Virus record (IMG/VR): IMGVR_UViG_3300050120_000361
Coordinates: 1-64,000 of that record
DNA: 64,000 nucleotides
Direction: 5' to 3' (one strand)
Shown: piece by piece, positions 25,347 through 34,580 of the stretch
Position numbering within the stretch: position 1 is the first letter of the stretch
Layout: each line of letters starts with the position of its first letter
Position numbers and translations under genes: made by a program
Notes under the pieces: model-generated
What the model was told of the DNA's origin: nothing
What the model saw: the letters and a program-made list of their open reading frames with translations, nothing else
Database searches by the model: none

Positions 25347-26657
25347 TTATGGCCTGTTATTGTTATTGAAAAGAAGCATGAACCTGTCCAGACCTATCCT
25401 GCACCCGGCGGAGCCTTCGTGCCCGCCGCCGTTGTCGAGTCCCACATTTGAAGCGAGTTCGGCGCAGTTGATGTTCCCGCCTATGTCCCTGAACGACAGC
25501 TTGACGACCCTTTTGATGAAGTCTATCTTGTAGGACATGAGCACTTCGGAGGCGGGCATCCAGTCGTGCAAGTGCATACTCGCCATTCGGTCCGTGTCGG
25601 TCTTGAGCTCGCGTATGAACTGCGAGTTGTAGTGGTCCGCCTGGCCCTGACAAGTAACGCAGTGCACCGGATTTCCCTTTGGCCCGACGCCAGGAAGTAT
25701 CACCATGGTGTAGTCCTTGTTACGGGCGGCCTTCTGCTTGTCGCGCAGGTAGCGCCATCCGACGTTGGTTTTGTCAACCCAGTTGGGCTCCCACGCGCCG
25801 AGCACAGCCTCGTGGCTCTTCCACTTGATGTCCTTCCAATTGCCCGCGTTCCTGCCGAAGAAGCAGTCGTAAACGAACTGCATGTTGAAGTCCGAGCGCT
25901 CCAGCCCGTAGAACCACTCATTGAACGCCAAAGGGTCCATTGAGCGCTGCGCCCAGCTCTCATCTCTTTGGGCTGCGGGTATTGCCGACCATTCGGCGTA
26001 CCACCCCCAAGTGTCGAACCTGCTCACCATGTCCACTATTGGTTGGAAGTACTTCTGCGTGAGCCACCGGTCGAGCCCCTCGCGTATCGCGCTTCTCATC
26101 TTGCGCTTCGGCAGCAGGTTCCGTATGCGCCCTATCACGTTACCGTCCATGTTAAGCCGGTCTATGAGCGGGTCAATCCAGAACCTCATCTCGTAAAGGG
26201 AGTTGTGGTATATCTTGGCGCCGCTCTCGTCCGAACAGAACCACCACTTAACGTGGTCTGAAGGCCAGTCCTCGGTATCCTTCATCGCCTCCGTCATGTC
26301 CCCAATCAGCTGCTGCCACCCCTTGTAGACGAATGGGTGGTGGTCGAAAACCTCCACTACCGGGTGCCATGGGCCATTGTCCAGGCGTAACGTCTGTCCC
26401 TTCATTGAGAAGGTCTTTTCAATCCAATCAAGGGGCGGAGTAACGTCTATGAACTGGTAGTGGTCGTAGGGTTCGGCTATGATGTCAAGCCACTTGTCCT
26501 GTTTGGGGTCGGTGCCGTAGTTGTACCCGACGTGCTCCGCGTCGAAGTCCAATTCCTTGGACACTATCTCCAACGCCTTTTTTGCGATAGCGCCCGACAT
26601 CAGCCCGTCCATGTCCGCGCTGTGGTGCACCACGAGCATTCTGTATCTTCTGTTCAT
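25347..26657 (-). CDS. DHH-family phosphoesterase (DHH + DHHA1)
   Basis: HHSADMDG, FIDV, FDHH, SFR, GGGHEGSAG. Confidence 0.85.
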   Translation of the reverse strand: MNRRYRMLVVHHSADMDGLMSGAIAKKALEIVSKELDFDAEHVGYNYGTDPKQDKWLDIIAEPYDHYQFIDVTPPLDWIEKTFSMKGQTLRLDNGPWHPVVEVFDHHPFVYKGWQQLIGDMTEAMKDTEDWPSDHVKWWFCSDESGAKIYHNSLYEMRFWIDPLIDRLNMDGNVIGRIRNLLPKRKMRSAIREGLDRWLTQKYFQPIVDMVSRFDTWGWYAEWSAIPAAQRDESWAQRSMDPLAFNEWFYGLERSDFNMQFVYDCFFGRNAGNWKDIKWKSHEAVLGAWEPNWVDKTNVGWRYLRDKQKAARNKDYTMVILPGVGPKGNPVHCVTCQGQADHYNSQFIRELKTDTDRMASMHLHDWMPASEVLMSYKIDFIKRVVKLSFRDIGGNINCAELASNVGLDNGGGHEGSAGCRIGLDRFMLLFNNNNRP

Positions 26658-26687
26658 TGTTATCCTGTGTTATCGGTAAATTACTGT

Positions 26688-27734
26688 TTAGTCCTGAACC
26701 CTTACGGTTCCCTCGAAGAACGCCTCTGTTGTCACAGTAAGGCTGAATGTGCCGTCCTGGCCCTGTACCATGTCCGGGTACGGGCCGCCAACGAGTGTGT
26801 CGTACCATCCCTCCTTGTACGCTGTCATGGAGGCTATCGCGTCCTGTCCGACAAGGTCGGTGAGCGCCTGCTGATTGCGCTCAAGTATCGGAGGTATGAG
26901 GAAATCTATCGGCTTCAGAGTTATCTTTATGAGGTGGTGGTCATCCTCGTCATTGGCGGGCACCGCATCCCAATACTCAACGAATGTCGTGTTGTCGTTT
27001 GAGAAGTATGGGGACAGGTAGTTCTGTGTGAGGTGCCTGTCAACAGCCTGCAATTGGTTCGCCTGCACCTGAAGCCTGTAGATTTGGTACAGGACCGGGG
27101 TTTCGATACCTATCGGCACCTGCGCCGCTACCGAGCCCGCGAATATCGCGGAGGCGTCCGCGAGTGCGTTGGCGGACGCCCATGAGCCGAGGAGCTGGGA
27201 CTTGAGGTCCTGTCCAGTGGTAGAGTAACCGGTCTTGACGATTTCGTTCAGGTATTGGAACGTGTACCTCAGGTCCTCTCTCGTCACGTCGTTCAGGTAC
27301 ATGGAGCACCACAGCTCGAAATGGTCAACGAGCGCGAGGACTGTAACGAGCTGGCGGTAGAAGGAAACTGAGTCCGCCTCAGTCAGCAGCCATCCGCTGA
27401 ACACCTTCGCAACTGTCATCGCCTCGCCCATTGGCACTATCACAGCCCCGAGGTTTTGCTGCCAATTGGGCGGCGCGTACGCGAACAGTATGACCGACTT
27501 CTGGTTGGCTAGAAGCGTTGTCAACGATGCCTGGTTAGGCGGAAGCTCAAAGAAGATGTACCTGTCGTACGCGTTAGCGGTCTGCGGGTCTATCGGGAGC
27601 TCGGTGAGGTTCCTGCCGTCGTACGGTATGAACACGTCTCCCGTCAAGGAAAGGTACCCCATGTAGTTCTTGTACAGGAACGTGCACAGAAGGCTGTCGA
27701 TGCTGTTCGCGTCGTAGTAGATTATTGTTTTCAT
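26688..27734 (-). CDS. degenerate DHH-like paralogue
   Basis: N-terminus aligns with neighbour (YDRYIFFELPP vs YDHYQFIDVTPP); DHH motifs absent. Confidence 0.55.
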   Translation of the reverse strand: MKTIIYYDANSIDSLLCTFLYKNYMGYLSLTGDVFIPYDGRNLTELPIDPQTANAYDRYIFFELPPNQASLTTLLANQKSVILFAYAPPNWQQNLGAVIVPMGEAMTVAKVFSGWLLTEADSVSFYRQLVTVLALVDHFELWCSMYLNDVTREDLRYTFQYLNEIVKTGYSTTGQDLKSQLLGSWASANALADASAIFAGSVAAQVPIGIETPVLYQIYRLQVQANQLQAVDRHLTQNYLSPYFSNDNTTFVEYWDAVPANDEDDHHLIKITLKPIDFLIPPILERNQQALTDLVGQDAIASMTAYKEGWYDTLVGGPYPDMVQGQDGTFSLTVTTEAFFEGTVRVQD

Positions 27735-27756
27735 TTATTGACTGTTTTATGGGTTT

Positions 27757-28116
27757 CTAATCTTGATTAGTCATTGCATCGAATTCGGTCTGAAGCCTGC
27801 CATTGTCGAATGCCTTGAATATGGGGCTTGTCTTCATGCGTTGAGCGTCCTTTTCGTCGTACTCGAAAACAACGAACGGTTCCTTTATGACTTCGGATAT
27901 TGGCGTATGTATGAACCAGTAGGCCGCTGTGATTTCCCACTTGCGCCTGGCCTTCGCCCTTGACTTCAGAGTGCCGCCGTACACCTCGCCCTTAATGGTG
28001 CAGGAGTGCCCGTGCTTCTTGGCGAACCAGAACACAGTTTCCTTCACGGTTCCTTTGGGCGGGTCGCCGATTTCGTGGGCAGGCTGTATAGGCCTCTGCG
28101 GGGTGTTGTATCTCAT
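27757..28116 (-). CDS. hypothetical protein
   Basis: 119 aa from ATG 28116 (ATGA coupling). Confidence 0.7.
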   Translation of the reverse strand: MRYNTPQRPIQPAHEIGDPPKGTVKETVFWFAKKHGHSCTIKGEVYGGTLKSRAKARRKWEITAAYWFIHTPISEVIKEPFVVFEYDEKDAQRMKTSPIFKAFDNGRLQTEFDAMTNQD

Positions 28117-28535
28117 AATATATGTTTTTTCCTTGATTTGGCGTAAGTCCTGAACATCCTGTATGTGGCAGAGCATCCGGCTATTATAATCGGCGAGCCT
28201 ATCGCGAAGTAGTGCCAATCCCTCAGGCCCATTACAACCGTAAGCCCCACGGCGAAGAACAGTCCGAAGAAAGCCACGAAAGACAGCCCAATCACTGCGC
28301 CCATGCCGAAGCCGAGAAGCCTCTCATTAGGAGCTGAAAGGTCGTTGAACCATTGGGGCCTGATTGAGTACACGAGACCGAATACGAAGCACGCGAGCAA
28401 GAGCATCCCAATAGGCATGAACTGGAACCTGCCCCTGGCTATTTGCGTCGCGCACACGACCGTCATTGGCGCAGAGGCCGCGAGTATCAGAAACGGCAGT
28501 ATTGTCCGCAGCTTGTCAAGTCTTGATTTCTTCAT
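28113..28535 (-). CDS. four-TM membrane protein
   Basis: 140 aa, four hydrophobic segments. Confidence 0.75.
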   Translation of the reverse strand: MKKSRLDKLRTILPFLILAASAPMTVVCATQIARGRFQFMPIGMLLLACFVFGLVYSIRPQWFNDLSAPNERLLGFGMGAVIGLSFVAFFGLFFAVGLTVVMGLRDWHYFAIGSPIIIAGCSATYRMFRTYAKSRKKHIL

Positions 28536-28619
28536 CTATGTCAGTCGTGTATTCACGGATTTAGCCCGCACGTTTCCGCGCAGGCCTTGTCCGTCCTTAT
28601 TGGGTCAGTCAACCAATTC

Positions 28620-30698
28620 CTATTGTTCTACCAGTCCTACCACGGAAGTGTACCCGTTCTCCCACTCCCGCTGCTGGTCTGGGTGCTGGTACGGGTTGAA
28701 CGCTATCCCGTTCTGTCCGTCCTCAACACCCTTGTTGAATGCTATGTCCTTGTACCTCTGGCCGTTCTTCTCGCCTATCCCCCACCCCTGCAGCCATATA
28801 GAGTGCTTGAGCGGCTCCAAAACAACATTGAACGGGTTCTCGTCATCGGTTATGTAGCCCTCTATGCCGGCCTCTATGATCTTCTCCTTCTCGCCGGGCT
28901 CCATTATCAATAGCTCGTCCTTTGCCCTCTCCTCAGCCAGCTGCCAGCCGTCGGCCCACAGCTCGAACTCTTCGGTTGACTTCGCCCTGTCATACGGGTT
29001 CTCGTTCTTGTTGGCGAGAGACTGCACGTAGGCGGTGAAGCCCTCGCACTCAGGGGGCTGAAGGTCCGACAGGCCCATAGTCCTCCTGACGCCCTTTTTA
29101 GGCAGCGTGTCCTCGGCGCGCAGAAGGGAGCATTCGTATATGAAGCCCTGGTCCCATGCCGCGGATGGAGTAAGCAGCCCCTTGCCCAAATCGTCGGTAT
29201 TGCCGAAAGGGTTCTGGTCGAGCGAGCCTCCGTGCTGCTTCCATATCCTGCCGCCCTCGAAGTGCCAGTTCATCTTGTCCTGGTAGCGGGCGTTCCTGCA
29301 GAGCTCTGACTTTGACGCGAGCAGCCACCCCTCCTCCCAGGCCTTAGCGGCCTCGTCGCTCGTGTATGGGTTGTCATCCAAGTCCTTACCCTCCGAGTAG
29401 GCGCCGTGCCCGGTGTGGAAGGCGTTCTCCTGGAACTGCGTGCGGTTGCCGGACTCCTGCTTGGTGTATGCCGCCAGGAACTCGTTGTGCCTGTCTTCCC
29501 AGCCGCGCGTCCATATAGCTATCCGCTCATCCCCGTCCAATGGGCATTCTGTGAGCTGCATTCCTTCAGCGTACTGCCTGCGCCCCATCTCGTACAGTGA
29601 GCTTTCGATAGGCCTTTCGCGCTTGGACTCCGTTTCCCTGCACACCGCATCTGCGGACTTCCAGCCAAGGTCCCACTCGCCCACGAAGCCTATGGCCTTT
29701 ATGGTTTTCATGAAGTCCTTGGCGTAAACCGTGTTCTCTACGAGGTGCGGGTTCGAGCACCTGCGCATGTCGTTGAAGCGGGCCTCGTATCCTGCCTGGA
29801 ACTGCTCAGGCGCGTCCTTTTCGTACACTGGAACCTCGCCAATCACCTTCTTCTCCATTGAGTCGAAACGCTCGGATATGTCCTTGTCGAAAAGTGAACG
29901 CTTTCCCCACCCGGCATTCCACGACTGCCATACGAATGTGTCCAAATCGGACTTGAAAGGCTCGTCACCGACACCGAATGGATTATCCGCTTTTGTAAGC
30001 CCCCTGTCGTACGCCCTCTTGCCCATGTCCCCACAAATAGTGCCAATCTCCCCAGCGGTTTTGTCATTGATGGCGTTCCACATATTCCTAAGCTGTCTGA
30101 GGGTCTTTATCTCCGAATTCGAGAAGGTGAACTCGATGCTGTCGGCGTCAACAAGCCCGATAAGAGGCGTTGCCTTTTTGGACATGAACTCCTTTTCCAT
30201 GGCGGAATTGTTGGCCACGTGCCATCCGTCAGCCCAGTTGGTGGCTGCGTTGTCCTTGGCGTCCGGCGTAACTATCCACGGATTGTCGGTAAGCGCCTTG
30301 CCGGCAACGAACGCCCGCTGGCCCTCATTGTACTGGTTCCCATTGTCCCACCCGATCGACCACATCTTCTGCATCATGCCAGGCCCGAATGGGTTCTTGA
30401 ACTTGTCAATGCCCGTAATAACGGCATCCTTCCAGCCACGAGCCTTGGCCTCGGCGTACTTCTCCTCATTCGCGTTGCGAGGGTTCTCGATGTCAAGCAC
30501 CACCTGACGCTCAACCACATCCGGCTGTATGCTTCCAGCTATCTGGTTCAGAATGTCCTGCTTTGAGTGCTCCATTATGCCGAGTATCTCGTATGGAGTG
30601 AACCCGTCGTTGCGGCGCTTGATGCTCATTGCGCCCTCGCCGTCCTCAACGCTCATGGTGTACACGCGCTTTTTGCTGTCCTTGTTTTCTTTGTCCAT
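28620..30698 (-). CDS. protein with 10 RMF/CrpP-like repeats
   Basis: 10x G-x(8-12)-[NC]P[FYW]-x(7-25)-W-x2-G[WFY]. Confidence 0.75.
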   Translation of the reverse strand: MDKENKDSKKRVYTMSVEDGEGAMSIKRRNDGFTPYEILGIMEHSKQDILNQIAGSIQPDVVERQVVLDIENPRNANEEKYAEAKARGWKDAVITGIDKFKNPFGPGMMQKMWSIGWDNGNQYNEGQRAFVAGKALTDNPWIVTPDAKDNAATNWADGWHVANNSAMEKEFMSKKATPLIGLVDADSIEFTFSNSEIKTLRQLRNMWNAINDKTAGEIGTICGDMGKRAYDRGLTKADNPFGVGDEPFKSDLDTFVWQSWNAGWGKRSLFDKDISERFDSMEKKVIGEVPVYEKDAPEQFQAGYEARFNDMRRCSNPHLVENTVYAKDFMKTIKAIGFVGEWDLGWKSADAVCRETESKRERPIESSLYEMGRRQYAEGMQLTECPLDGDERIAIWTRGWEDRHNEFLAAYTKQESGNRTQFQENAFHTGHGAYSEGKDLDDNPYTSDEAAKAWEEGWLLASKSELCRNARYQDKMNWHFEGGRIWKQHGGSLDQNPFGNTDDLGKGLLTPSAAWDQGFIYECSLLRAEDTLPKKGVRRTMGLSDLQPPECEGFTAYVQSLANKNENPYDRAKSTEEFELWADGWQLAEERAKDELLIMEPGEKEKIIEAGIEGYITDDENPFNVVLEPLKHSIWLQGWGIGEKNGQRYKDIAFNKGVEDGQNGIAFNPYQHPDQQREWENGYTSVVGLVEQ

Positions 30699-30724
30699 TT
30701 TGACTGACTGTTACTTTATGGTTT

Positions 30725-31255
30725 TTACTTTATCTCTGGAATGTTCACGACCTGCAGAACCTCTGTTCCCATGCGGTGGAGAAACGCACGCGGTGAGTAG
30801 TACCCTATGTCGAATTTGGTCTCATGCTTCTCGATGAACAGGAGCCGGTGTATGCCGACATGGGCAGTCATCTTTGAGCACTGCAGGCACGGCGCGTATG
30901 ACACGTACATTGTCATGTTGTCCAAGTTGCCCCTGTTCTGCATCTTCATGTAGTGAATGGCGGCCTGCTCCTCGGCGTGTATAACGTAGGGTATCGAAAG
31001 CTGGTCGTCCACGTCGTCCTCGCACCTCTGCACGCCCAGGCTGTCGAACATTTTATTGTACCCTATCGACAGCATGACGCCGGTCTTGTGGTCGCCTATT
31101 ATGGCGCCAACCTTCTTCTTGACGGCGGGCGAGAGCATGCGTATCGCGTTCAGCTGCGTTACGAGAAGCTGCTCCTTTACGGTCAGTTTCAAATAGTCTA
31201 TCCTTTTTGTGTCTATGAAGTACTTCTCTCTGTCGAAGCTGAGCTCTTCCGCCAT
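30725..31255 (-). CDS. dCMP deaminase-family protein
   Basis: KVGAII, SIGYN, HAEE, PCLQC; start 31255 after promoter. Confidence 0.85.
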   Translation of the reverse strand: MAEELSFDREKYFIDTKRIDYLKLTVKEQLLVTQLNAIRMLSPAVKKKVGAIIGDHKTGVMLSIGYNKMFDSLGVQRCEDDVDDQLSIPYVIHAEEQAAIHYMKMQNRGNLDNMTMYVSYAPCLQCSKMTAHVGIHRLLFIEKHETKFDIGYYSPRAFLHRMGTEVLQVVNIPEIK

Positions 31256-31284
31256 GTTCAATCGTGTTTTTTGTTGTAAATGAA

Positions 31285-31311
31285 ATATCCCGCAGACCAT
31301 GTAGTTATAGG
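31285..31311 (-). promoter_or_regulatory. phage promoter-like motif overlapped by an inverted repeat
   Basis: CCTATAA-N13-GGGATAT; CCCGCAGACC/GGTCTGCGGG arms. Confidence 0.75.
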
Positions 31312-31353
31312 TCTGCGGGACAGTTTCGGCCCTAAAGTTGCTAACGCCGGGCG

Positions 31354-31737
31354 CTACTTGGCGTTTATCAGCGCCAAAATGTACTTCTGCTTCTGCGCGG
31401 TATCGGCCCTCAAAAGCTTTATCTCGTGCAGCAGAGGCTCCTTGCCGGACTGTTTCAATATCCTGCGGAGTTCCATGTTCTCGCGCTTCAGGCCCGCAAC
31501 CACGACGGAGCGCAGCACGTATGTAGGAAAGAATACCGTGTCCCTGCCGTAGAACACTATGGAAACCTTGCTTGAAGTGTCTCCTCCAGAAATCTCCTGC
31601 TTGTAGGCGTAGTCGATAACCGATTGTGTCAATTGTCGCTGACAGTTCCAGCGCTCGTACCACCCTGTCAGCAGGATGAGGGTTACGGTCCATGCCATTA
31701 CGACTATTTTCTGCTGTTTGTTGAGGTTCAGTTTCAT
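31354..31737 (-). CDS. membrane-anchored protein
   Basis: 127 aa, N-terminal TM. Confidence 0.7.
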   Translation of the reverse strand: MKLNLNKQQKIVVMAWTVTLILLTGWYERWNCQRQLTQSVIDYAYKQEISGGDTSSKVSIVFYGRDTVFFPTYVLRSVVVAGLKRENMELRRILKQSGKEPLLHEIKLLRADTAQKQKYILALINAK

Positions 31738-32150
31738 GGCTGTGTTTGGTTTGATGGGTTTGCCTGGCTTTCAAGCGAAGACAGTTGCGGAAGTATGTCG
31801 TTGAGGCACTCCCTCAACAGGCTCATTAGCTCGTACATTTTCAAGTTGGCCGGCGAATGGTCACTGTACTGGTACACCTTGAACATCTGCTCCTCAAGGT
31901 TTTTCTGGTATTCGGCCAACTGCTCGTGACTGAACTTCTGGTGCAGGAACCTGAGGTCGTCGTGGTGCAGCTGCAGCAGGGACATGTCGCTGCCATCCAA
32001 TTTGGGCGTGAAAGTGGCGAACATGTTCCAGGCGTCCCCGTTCACTGCAACGGCCTGACACAGTATCCCCTTGTCCCGCCTCTCGTCACCGAGCACCTCG
32101 AGTAGGCCGTCTATGGTGTGGAACGGCTCCGTCCTATCAGTCCTTGGCAT
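31734..32150 (-). CDS. hypothetical protein
   Basis: 138 aa. Confidence 0.7.
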   Translation of the reverse strand: MPRTDRTEPFHTIDGLLEVLGDERRDKGILCQAVAVNGDAWNMFATFTPKLDGSDMSLLQLHHDDLRFLHQKFSHEQLAEYQKNLEEQMFKVYQYSDHSPANLKMYELMSLLRECLNDILPQLSSLESQANPSNQTQP

Positions 32151-32457
32151 GCTGGGGCTTGTTGCGTATGTCCCTTGACGGATAGTATGTCTCGAATTGG
32201 AACGTGCCGCGCGAGAAGCGCTTGGTTTGAACGTGCGTTGGTACCATGGCGAACTCGTAAAGCTCCTCCTTTGTCATGAGGTCCAACAGCTCCTTGCTCG
32301 CCTTGAAGTGCACTACCTTGCTCGTTTCCCAGTATATTGTCAATTCGCCCCCCTCGAGCGTTTTCACTGCGAGTGACTGGTTGTCCTCGCGCTGCAGCAG
32401 GTTGCGTATCAGTGAGCCCTTTTTGGGCATTTCTTTCAATTGTCTTGTGACAGCCAT
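32137..32457 (-). CDS. hypothetical protein
   Basis: 106 aa. Confidence 0.7.
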   Translation of the reverse strand: MAVTRQLKEMPKKGSLIRNLLQREDNQSLAVKTLEGGELTIYWETSKVVHFKASKELLDLMTKEELYEFAMVPTHVQTKRFSRGTFQFETYYPSRDIRNKPQHAKD

Positions 32458-32504
32458 AATCTTATATTATTGTTTTGTTATTATTCCTTTGGTAATCAAC
32501 GAGT

Positions 32505-32535
32505 AAAGGGCGGCAACCTAAATCACCGCCCTTTT
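32505..32535. terminator. terminator after endolysin
   Basis: AAAGGGCGG...CCGCCCTTTT. Confidence 0.7.
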
Positions 32536-32559
32536 GGTAGAAGCCGAACTGCGAGGCCT

Positions 32560-33144
32560 TTACGCCGCCTTGGCGTATGTCTTAAGTCTGGATGTCCACA
32601 CCTTTCCGTATATAGGCCAGTCCTTGTCGCGCTTGTAGTGCACGAGGCGCTGGTCGTTTATCGTGCCGTACAGCTTCTCCTGGTCGCACCTCGCCTGGGC
32701 CTGAAGCGTCTTGGGCCCGATGCCGCCGTCCGAAACTACCGTGCCGGAACCCAAAAGGATGTTTATCGAGTCCTGCAGGATGTGCGCCGCCATTCCCGTG
32801 CCCTGGTTGACCCCGCAGTCGTAGAGGTTGTCAGCCACCTGGTTGTCGGTAACCTGAGACAGGAGGTTCACGTTCCAGAAATTGGCCATATAGAACCCGC
32901 TCACCAGCTGGACAACCACTGGGTTTCCGCGGAGCTCAAGGTTTATGTTGTGGGTGTCCGCCTGCGTGGCGCCATTGTTGAATTTCGCCATCGCGGCGCG
33001 CACGTACGGCCACCCGCCCCATTTGGGCCAGAACGTGCTGGCTATGCCTGCGTATGTTAGGCCGCCGTGGTCTTGAGGATCATTGGTAAATCCGCCTTCG
33101 TTTATGGCGGTAAGGTGGTCCGCCTCGTTGAAATTTCCGTTCAT
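32560..33144 (-). CDS. glycoside hydrolase family 108 endolysin with peptidoglycan-binding C-terminus
   Basis: EGGFTNDPQDHGGLTYAGI, FY..NFW, DCGVNQG, DGGIGPKT. Confidence 0.9.
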   Translation of the reverse strand: MNGNFNEADHLTAINEGGFTNDPQDHGGLTYAGIASTFWPKWGGWPYVRAAMAKFNNGATQADTHNINLELRGNPVVVQLVSGFYMANFWNVNLLSQVTDNQVADNLYDCGVNQGTGMAAHILQDSINILLGSGTVVSDGGIGPKTLQAQARCDQEKLYGTINDQRLVHYKRDKDWPIYGKVWTSRLKTYAKAA

Positions 33145-33327
33145 AATGTAATGATTTGATTTTCATTACATATCCGGAAAATTACCGCGGATTTAAGAAG
33201 TCCTCAATGGCCTATCGGCTCGTCCTAGTCCTCTGTCACGATGAACGGAAGGCACAGCAGGAACAATACGATTATAGCGCAATAGCCGACCATTGGCCGG
33301 TTCGTGTTCCCCCAATGGATTGCCTTA

Positions 33328-33639
33328 TCAATGGCCTTCATCATCCGCTACTTGCTTGTAGATTTCGCCCTGGGGCAGTCCCATGCAAAGCTTATCCACA
33401 TAGGCTATGGAGTCCTTCAGGGATTTTGGCTTTTCACGTCTTGGGTCGTGGTGGAAGGACTTTATCGCCATCAGCCTTCCGTCCCTTTTCCATATGGCCT
33501 TTATTTGCTCGTCCTTTTCAGGTCCAAGCGACTCTATTAGCATGGAATTCACGAGCTCGGCCACCATGCTCAGTTCATGCTTGCTTAGCTTGTTGAGCCA
33601 TTTCTCGAATGACTCAAAGTTTTGTGGTGTATTTTCCAT
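33328..33639 (-). CDS. hypothetical protein
   Basis: 103 aa. Confidence 0.7.
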   Translation of the reverse strand: MENTPQNFESFEKWLNKLSKHELSMVAELVNSMLIESLGPEKDEQIKAIWKRDGRLMAIKSFHHDPRREKPKSLKDSIAYVDKLCMGLPQGEIYKQVADDEGH

Positions 33640-33643
33640 AATG

Positions 33644-33943
33644 TCAAACTGATGTCAGCGGTGTCGTGATGCCTCCCCACGGGGAGCTGTTCGTGGCGAC
33701 GCACCGAGTTAGTTTCAGCTTCAGACCGTGCAGCAGGTTCACGGAGGCTACCGCCTGTTTTGCGTGCCCTACGGCGTCGTCCATTGTATCGACGCCCTGC
33801 CGCCAGCAGCAGTTGAATGGAAGCGTGAGCTCCCTGTCGTTGTTCTTCCACGCCTTGTGGTAATCGTGCTTCTCGACAAGGCAGTCTATAACCTTGTCCA
33901 AATGGGTGTTGTCGTTCAGTTCAATCGCGAGTACCGGGTACAT
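33644..33943 (-). CDS. hypothetical protein
   Basis: 99 aa. Confidence 0.65.
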   Translation of the reverse strand: MYPVLAIELNDNTHLDKVIDCLVEKHDYHKAWKNNDRELTLPFNCCWRQGVDTMDDAVGHAKQAVASVNLLHGLKLKLTRCVATNSSPWGGITTPLTSV

Positions 33944-34211
33944 GTCCTTTTTCCTTTAGTTTTTCGTGTATCTTTTCGTATGCGTCCGGCAGAAGGCCGT
34001 TCAGAATGAACTCCCTCTCATCGGCGCTGTGCCTTGGGAAGGCCTCCTGCACCTTCATGCCGTCTTCGGCGAAGGCCTTTATTCTGTCCGTGTCGGCCGC
34101 CGGCATATCCATTTGGAATGGGCCGTTGCCGAACAAATCGTTTCTGGTGACCCTCATCATTTCACCTCTGTTTGGGTCCGTGAAGAATTCGAATGTCGTC
34201 GTAGCGTTCAT
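33921..34211 (-). CDS. hypothetical protein
   Basis: 96 aa; VQEAFP..SADEREFILNG motif common in phage proteins. Confidence 0.7.
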   Translation of the reverse strand: MNATTTFEFFTDPNRGEMMRVTRNDLFGNGPFQMDMPAADTDRIKAFAEDGMKVQEAFPRHSADEREFILNGLLPDAYEKIHEKLKEKGHVPGTRD

Positions 34212-34232
34212 GGTTTTTCTTGTTTGTGTCAA

Positions 34233-34580
34233 TCATCTTTCGAGAGGCTCGTAAGTAGGTATGCCGAGTTCCTCAAGCTCTGTAAGCAGCAGTTCATCGG
34301 CATTGCTTTCCTCGGTTTGGCCGACGCTTGCGGTCTTCCGAAAGCGCCAAGTAGCGAACGCCGGTTCCTGTGTCCTGTTTATTATTTTGAAGTATATCGG
34401 TATGTTGCGTATTTCCTCGAGAAGCACCCCAGTTACTATGTTGTCGTTGTGGTACACTTCCCTGACTGTATACTCCTGTCCCTTGACCACCCATTGCTGG
34501 TAGGCGTGCAGGAATTCGAGTATGAACTCGCTTTTTACCGATTGGTCCACGCAGATGACTCTTTCGCCTATTTCAAACAT
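34233..34580 (-). CDS. hypothetical protein
   Basis: 115 aa; MFEIGERVICVD SH3-like start. Confidence 0.7.
   Translation of the reverse strand: MFEIGERVICVDQSVKSEFILEFLHAYQQWVVKGQEYTVREVYHNDNIVTGVLLEEIRNIPIYFKIINRTQEPAFATWRFRKTASVGQTEESNADELLLTELEELGIPTYEPLER

Noticed and set aside
28620-30698. Calling the repeat protein a true Rmf or CrpP orthologue
   Set aside because: Only the sequence pattern matches; the charge differs and the function is untested, so no gene symbol was given.
30725-31774. 349-aa extended deaminase as in the ORF track (also extended starts for 2193-2837, 5255-5770, 46332-47072, 59339-59833)
   Set aside because: The extensions overlap other genes or promoters. Downstream ATGs with proper leaders or ATGA coupling were chosen instead.
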